NCBI GenBank assembly: GCA_963966365.1
Contig: CAWZZC010000027.1
Location: 65,989 to 129,988 of the forward strand
Origin: Mesorhizobium sp.
GTDB lineage: Bacteria > Pseudomonadota > Alphaproteobacteria > Rhizobiales > Rhizobiaceae
Direction: 5' to 3'
DNA: 64,000 nt
Shown: positions 59,106 to 64,000 of the stretch, in pieces
Layout of the letters: every line of letters begins with the position of its first letter
Numbering within the stretch: position 1 is the stretch's first letter
The notes under the pieces: model-generated
Database searches by the model: none
Told to the model about the DNA's origin: nothing
What the model saw: the letters and a program-made list of their open reading frames with translations, nothing else
Made by a program: the position numbers and the translations under genes

Positions 59106-61259
59106 TCAGGCGTCGGCGTCTTCTTCCGACTCTTCCTTCTTCTTCTTGGCAACGATCTCCTTGCCCGTCTCCTGGTCGACGACCTTCATGGAAAGGCGCA
59201 CCTTGCCCCGCTCGTCGAAGCCCATCAGCTTGACGTAGACCTTGTCGCCTTCCTTGACGACGTCGGTCGTCTTGGCAACGCGCTCGGATGCGAGCTGCGA
59301 GATGTGCACGAGACCGTCGCGCGGACCGAAGAAATTGACGAAAGCGCCAAAATCGGCGGTCTTGACGACCGTACCCTCATAGATCTCGCCCACTTCCGGC
59401 TCGGCCACGATGGTGTGGATCCACTTGCGTGCCGCTTCGATCTCCTTGGCGTTGGAGGAAGCGATCTTCACCGTTCCATCGTCATCAATGTTGATCTTGG
59501 CGCCGGTCTTCTCGACGATTTCACGAATGACCTTGCCGCCGGAGCCGATGACGTCGCGGATCTTGTCGGTCGGGATGTGCATGACCTCGATGCGCGGCGC
59601 GAACTCGCCGAGTTCGGAGCGGCTCTCGGTGATCGCCTTGGCCATTTCGCCGAGGATGTGGATGCGGCCGTCCCTGGCCTGATCCAGCGCGATCTTCATG
59701 ATCTCCTCGTTGATGCCGGCGATCTTGATGTCCATCTGCAGCGACGTGACGCCTTCGGAGGTGCCGGCAACCTTGAAGTCCATGTCGCCGAGATGATCCT
59801 CGTCACCAAGGATATCGGAGAGCACTGCGAAGCGTTCGTCTTCCTTGATCAGACCCATGGCGATGCCGGCCACCGGGCGTGCCAGCGGGACACCCGCATC
59901 CATCAGGGCCAGCGAGGTGCCGCAGACCGTTGCCATCGAGGAGGAACCGTTGGACTCCGTAATCTCGGAGACGACACGCAGCGTGTAGGGGAACTGCTCG
60001 ACCGCCGGCAGCATCGGACGAACGGCGCGCCAGGCGAGTTTGCCATGGCCGATCTCACGGCGACCGGGAGAGCCCATGCGGCCCGTCTCGCCGACCGAAT
60101 AGGGCGGGAAGTTGTAGTGGAGCAGGAAGCGCTCCTTGTACATGCCCGTCAACGCGTCGACGAACTGCTCGTCCTCGCCGGTGCCGAGCGTGGCGACAAC
60201 GATTGCCTGCGTCTCGCCGCGTGTGAACAGCGCCGAACCGTGCGTGCGCGGCAGAAGGCCGACTTCCGAGACGATCGGACGAACCGTCTTGAGATCGCGT
60301 CCGTCGATACGGCCGCCGGTGTCCAGAATGTTCCAGCGGACGATCTTGGCCTGCAGCTCCTTGAATACCGTGGCAACCTGCTCGGGTGTCCATTCGGCTT
60401 CTTCCGCATCTTCCGGCAGCAGCGCAGCCTTGGCCTTCGCCTTGGCGGCGTCGACGGCGGCATAGCGTTCCTGCTTGTCGGTGATCTGGTAGGCGGCGCG
60501 CAGATCGGCCTCGATCAGGCCGAGCATCGCCTTTTCGAGTGCCGACAGATCCACGGGTTTGTGGTCCCGCGGCTCCTTGGCGGCCACTTCGGCCAGCTTG
60601 ATGATGGCGTCGATGAGCGGCTGGAATCCCTTGTGGCCGAACATCACCGCGCCAAGCATTACGTCTTCGGCGAGTTCCTGGGCTTCCGATTCCACCATCA
60701 GAACCGCATCGGCCGTGCCGGCGACGACGAGGTCGAGGTCTGATTCCGGCATTTCATCGATGTGCGGGTTGAGCACGTACTCGCCGTTGATGTAGCCGAC
60801 GCGGGCACCGCCGATCGGGCCCATGAAGGGAACGCCGGAAAGCGTCAGGGCGGCGGAAGCGGCGACCATCGACACGACGTCGGGGTTGTTTTCCAGGTCA
60901 TGCTGCATGACCGTGATGATGACCTGGGTGTCGTTCTTGTAGCCATCGGCAAAGAGCGGACGGATCGGCCGGTCGATCAGGCGCGACACGAGCGTCTCGT
61001 TCTCGCTCGGACGGCCCTCGCGCTTGAAATAGCCGCCGGGAATCTTGCCGGCTGCGTAGGTCTTTTCCTGGTAGTTGACGGTGAGCGGGAAGAAGTCCTG
61101 GCCGGGCTTCGGCTCCTTGGCCGACACGACCGTGGCGAGCACCACGGTCTCGCCATAGGTGGCGAGAACAGCGCCATCGGCCTGACGCGCGATCTTGCCG
61201 GTTTCCAGAATAAGCGGGCGTCCGCCCCACTCGATTTCGACTTTATGATGATTGAACAT
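59106..61259 (-). CDS. pnp: polyribonucleotide nucleotidyltransferase (PNPase)
   Basis: 717 aa. Two RNase PH domains, KH and S1 domains, and an acidic C-terminal tail. Confidence 0.98.
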   Translation of the reverse strand: MFNHHKVEIEWGGRPLILETGKIARQADGAVLATYGETVVLATVVSAKEPKPGQDFFPLTVNYQEKTYAAGKIPGGYFKREGRPSENETLVSRLIDRPIRPLFADGYKNDTQVIITVMQHDLENNPDVVSMVAASAALTLSGVPFMGPIGGARVGYINGEYVLNPHIDEMPESDLDLVVAGTADAVLMVESEAQELAEDVMLGAVMFGHKGFQPLIDAIIKLAEVAAKEPRDHKPVDLSALEKAMLGLIEADLRAAYQITDKQERYAAVDAAKAKAKAALLPEDAEEAEWTPEQVATVFKELQAKIVRWNILDTGGRIDGRDLKTVRPIVSEVGLLPRTHGSALFTRGETQAIVVATLGTGEDEQFVDALTGMYKERFLLHYNFPPYSVGETGRMGSPGRREIGHGKLAWRAVRPMLPAVEQFPYTLRVVSEITESNGSSSMATVCGTSLALMDAGVPLARPVAGIAMGLIKEDERFAVLSDILGDEDHLGDMDFKVAGTSEGVTSLQMDIKIAGINEEIMKIALDQARDGRIHILGEMAKAITESRSELGEFAPRIEVMHIPTDKIRDVIGSGGKVIREIVEKTGAKINIDDDGTVKIASSNAKEIEAARKWIHTIVAEPEVGEIYEGTVVKTADFGAFVNFFGPRDGLVHISQLASERVAKTTDVVKEGDKVYVKLMGFDERGKVRLSMKVVDQETGKEIVAKKKKEESEEDADA

Positions 61260-61499
61260 GTCTTGTCCTTCGTAGTCCGAAGTCGGCCGCGCCCATTGCG
61301 GCAGCGGCCCCTTCGATCAGGCTTCGTTGCAGACGAGCCACGGGCAAGACAACGGGAAGTCCTCTAGGCACTGCGCCTTCGGCGCCGGGCTTCCTGCAAT
61401 CCTGCCCCATGACCGGTCCATGGTCGGTTTCCGATCCTGCCTTTCTCAGATGGAAACCGTGTTCGGGCCGCGCATTCCGCGTGGCCCTGATATCCGAAC

Positions 61500-61524
61500 G
61501 GCGGACCCCTGTTCGGGATCCGCC
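61500..61524 (-). terminator. hairpin downstream of rpsO (attenuator/terminator in the pnp leader)
   Basis: GGCGGA(C/T)CCC stem with a 5-nt loop, 10 nt after the rpsO stop, and no strong U-tract. By analogy with the E. coli rpsO-pnp organisation. Confidence 0.5.
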
Positions 61525-61534
61525 GGCCAGACGA

Positions 61535-61804
61535 TCAGCGACGCAGACCGAGCTTCTGGATCAGCGTCTGGTAGCGGTCGGCATCCTTCTTCTTGAGATA
61601 GTCAAGAAGGCTGCGACGCTGCGAGACCAGCTTGAGAAGTCCGCGCCGGGAATGGTTGTCCTTGGCGTGGTCCTTGAAGTGTTCGGTCAGGTTCTTGATG
61701 CGCTCGGAAAGAATGGCCACCTGGACTTCCGGCGAACCGGTGTCGCCCTGGGCGGTTGCATATTCCTTCAGCAATTCCTGCTTGCGTTCGGCAGTAATCG
61801 ACAT
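61535..61804 (-). CDS. rpsO: 30S ribosomal protein S15
   Basis: Track ORF 61535..61912 trimmed to the ATG at 61804 ([16 protein letters not shown]...), giving 89 aa. Confidence 0.97.
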   Translation of the reverse strand: MSITAERKQELLKEYATAQGDTGSPEVQVAILSERIKNLTEHFKDHAKDNHSRRGLLKLVSQRRSLLDYLKKKDADRYQTLIQKLGLRR

Positions 61805-62040
61805 CGACTTTCCTTTCTGCTTTTTATCAGGAAACGGAGACGCCCACGGCCGGGATGTCGTCCAGCGGGGGCCACTCATGCAAGACGCGCACTGCGTGAT
61901 GCTGCGGCGCATATAGTGGAAAATGCGGACAATTGCCAGAAATAATTGCCCGCCGCCAAGTAACCAGCGTCCGATCCGCGCCTGAGCGCAACTCTCGTGC
62001 AGATCGCTATTTCCACTTCTCGTACCGGTGCGCGAATGCC

Positions 62041-63027
62041 CTATCCGGCGAAAACGCGCTTCGGCTTGAACATCCCGCCTTCCACGGCGCCGATGGCGAC
62101 CAGCCGGCCGCGCAGGGTGGCGCAGGCTTCGTCGGCCTCGACCGGCGCATCGCGGCCGCGCAGGATGACGGGATTGCCCAAACGCACGCGCTGTGCGGTG
62201 TCATCGCTCAAGGCGACCTGCGGCAGGCAATCGAGGGCGACCACCGTGTCCACCAGAAGCGCGTCGAGCGCATCGTAGCGCTTGGCATCGGCACCCAGAT
62301 CGGGCTGAGGCGCGGTCTCCCCTTCTGCCGGCTTTGGGCGAGGCGGCGGCGCTGCGGCCTCGAGCTCATCGATTGTAACGAAATCCTCCGCCGTAAAGGG
62401 CTCGACCTCGAGACGGCGCAGTTCCGATATATGGCCATAGCAGCCGAGGTCACGCCCCATGTCGCGCGCCAGCGAGCGCACATAGGTGCCTTTGCCGCAC
62501 TCGATCTCAAAGATTGCACGGTCGTCGTCGGGACGCTCGATGAGATCGAGCCTGTCGATCTCGACTTCGCGCGCGGGAATCTCGATCGCCTCACCTTCCC
62601 GCGCCAGATCATAGGCGCGTTCTCCGCCGATCTTGATCGCGGAGAATTGCGGCGGCGTCTGCATGATGAGGCCGGTATATTTCGGCAGGAGAGCGCGGAT
62701 CGCCTCCTCGCTCGGGCGCTCGGCGGATGAATGGGTCGCCTCGCCTTCGAGGTCGTCTGTCGAACGCTCCTCGCCCCAGGCGACGGTGAACCGGTAGATC
62801 TTGGCGCCATCCATGACATAGGGCACCGTTTTCGTGGCCTCGCCAAGCGCGATCGGCAACATGCCAGAGGCCAGCGGGTCGAGTGTTCCCGCATGTCCGG
62901 CCTTGTCAGCCCTGAATAGCCACTTGATCTTGGAGACGGCCTCCGTCGACCCCATTCCGACGGGCTTGTCGAGCACCACCCAGCCCGAAACCGGCCGCCC
63001 CTTCTTCTTGCCGCGCCGCGCCATCAC
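62041..63027 (-). CDS. truB: tRNA pseudouridine(55) synthase TruB
   Basis: [13 protein letters not shown] and [16 protein letters not shown] catalytic-Asp motif. Start is GTG at 63027 or ATG at 63024; both overlap the rbfA stop. Confidence 0.95.
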   Translation of the reverse strand: MMARRGKKKGRPVSGWVVLDKPVGMGSTEAVSKIKWLFRADKAGHAGTLDPLASGMLPIALGEATKTVPYVMDGAKIYRFTVAWGEERSTDDLEGEATHSSAERPSEEAIRALLPKYTGLIMQTPPQFSAIKIGGERAYDLAREGEAIEIPAREVEIDRLDLIERPDDDRAIFEIECGKGTYVRSLARDMGRDLGCYGHISELRRLEVEPFTAEDFVTIDELEAAAPPPRPKPAEGETAPQPDLGADAKRYDALDALLVDTVVALDCLPQVALSDDTAQRVRLGNPVILRGRDAPVEADEACATLRGRLVAIGAVEGGMFKPKRVFAG

Positions 63028-63422
63028 TCACCATCCTCTTCGTCGTGCCTCAGATCGCGCGCGACCTCGGGCGAGCGCAGGATGTCGTCGATCTTCGACA
63101 TGTTGTCGAAGCTGGTATCGAGCCGAAACCGGAACTCGGGCATGTATTTGAGCTGCCGCAGGGCGCCCGATACCCGCCCTCGAATGAACTTCGCATTGCG
63201 CGCGAGCGCCTTGATGACGGCCTGGGCGTCCGTAGTGCCGAGCGGCGAGATGAAGGCCGTGGCGATCTTCAGGTCAGGGGACATGCGCACCTCGGAGATG
63301 GAAATCACCGTGGTTTCGAGCAGATCGTCGCGCACTTCTCCGCGCTGCAGGACGTCGGAGAGGGCATGGCGCACCTGTTCGCCGACGCGAAGCTGGCGCT
63401 GTGAAGGGCCGGAAGTGGTCAT
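63024..63422 (-). CDS. rbfA: ribosome-binding factor A
   Basis: The track start at 63428 is TTG; the ATG at 63422 gives [25 protein letters not shown]... Typical RbfA. Confidence 0.93.
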   Translation of the reverse strand: MTTSGPSQRQLRVGEQVRHALSDVLQRGEVRDDLLETTVISISEVRMSPDLKIATAFISPLGTTDAQAVIKALARNAKFIRGRVSGALRQLKYMPEFRFRLDTSFDNMSKIDDILRSPEVARDLRHDEEDGE

Positions 63423-63616
63423 GGACAAGGGTCTCTTGATGCCGGTTCGCGCCGCTATCGGCGCAATTCAATCAAACTCGAACTGGATGACAGGCGCTAC
63501 GCACGTCAATCCGTCTTGCGGCCAGCACGGCCGCTCCGCTCACACGGCTCGATACACTCGCAGAAACGAGGTCAGTCGAGCCGAGCCGCAGGGCGTCCCT
63601 GACTCCCGTTCACTTT

Positions 63617-63650
63617 CATGGCCGACCGTATTCGGAACGGATCGGCCATG
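63617..63650 (-). other. 13-bp stem hairpin in the infB-rbfA spacer
   Basis: CATGGCCGA-CCGT-attcgga-ACGG-a-TCGGCCATG read directly. No U-tract. Confidence 0.4.
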
Positions 63651-63681
63651 AGGAGCGAACGCGTTGAGCCGGGTGCGGTGC

Positions 63682-64000
63682 CTAAAGCGACCGCGTCACC
63701 ATCTCCACGCGGTAGGCCTCGATGACGTCGCCGGCGCGGATGTCCTCGTAATTCTCGAAGGCCATACCGCATTCCTGGCCGGCAGGAACCTCCGCCACCT
63801 CGTCCTTGAAGCGCTTCAGCGTCTTCAGCTTGCCCTCGTGAATGACGACGTTGTCGCGGATCAACCGCACGCCGGCGCCACGTTCGACCTTGCCCTCGGT
63901 TACGCGGCAGCCCGCGACCTTGCCAACCTTGGTGATGTTGAAGACCTCGAGGATCTCCGCATTGCCGAGGAAGGTTTCGCGACGCTCCGGCGACAGGAGG
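63682..64000 (-). CDS. infB: translation initiation factor IF-2, C-terminal end (partial; continues past the window)
   Basis: The C-terminus ...[55 protein letters not shown] is the conserved IF-2 C2 domain. The reading frame stays open to the window edge. Confidence 0.93.
   Translation of the reverse strand, partial: LLSPERRETFLGNAEILEVFNITKVGKVAGCRVTEGKVERGAGVRLIRDNVVIHEGKLKTLKRFKDEVAEVPAGQECGMAFENYEDIRAGDVIEAYRVEMVTRSL

Noticed and set aside
1-64000. Searched by eye for CRISPR arrays, IS elements or transposases, integrases, phage genes, toxin-antitoxin pairs, restriction-modification or other defence genes, and tRNA or rRNA genes.
   Set aside because: None found. All gaps over 150 nt are accounted for by promoters, leaders, ffs or hairpins. 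Apart from the Kazal repeats, the 12-mer array and the 9-bp direct repeats, I noticed no repeated DNA. A computational repeat, tRNA and Rfam scan would be needed for certainty.

Overview
This is a GC-rich chromosomal core segment of an alphaproteobacterium (about 63-65% GC, judged by eye). The gene order is typical of Hyphomicrobiales/Rhizobiales: truA-GNAT-fmt-def, mutM-ech-rpsT-dnaA-dnaN-recF-moeB, irr/fabA-fabB-fabI, ffs-dnaX-ybaB and infB-rbfA-truB-rpsO-pnp. I support about 63 protein-coding genes, one SRP (4.5S) RNA that the ORF track cannot show, several intrinsic terminators and a few regulatory motifs.

The main functional blocks are:
- A replication and repair cluster: dnaA, dnaN, recF, recR, rmuC, mutM, dnaX.
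- A complete Tad/Cpa (Flp-type) pilus assembly locus at 19.3-31.8 kb.
- A yejABEF-type peptide ABC importer with two tandem substrate-binding proteins at 35.6-43.3 kb.
- Fatty-acid synthesis genes next to the iron regulator Irr.
- The end of the nusA-infB operon.

I see no rRNA, tRNA, CRISPR array, transposase, integrase, prophage gene or recognisable defence module. Many long ORFs in the track are antisense or alternate-frame artefacts of the high GC content, and several true genes are listed with spurious N-terminal extensions; I trimmed those.

I did not find convincing evidence for a wholly new multi-gene system. The most unusual item is a lipoprotein made of three exact 150-bp tandem Kazal-like protease-inhibitor repeats with an ovomucoid-type reactive loop (7828-8379). 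Secondary items:
- A Tad locus with no pilin gene in the window.
- An AT-rich islet flanked by 9-bp direct repeats inside that locus.
- An orphan split aconitase-X pair coupled to a MoeB-like E1 enzyme.
- DnaA and CtrA boxes upstream of dnaA.
- A 12-nt tandem repeat in the def/rmuC promoter region.
- A zinc-ribbon adenylate cyclase that overlaps nudC convergently.

All coordinates were counted by hand from the printed sequence and may be off by 1-2 nt.
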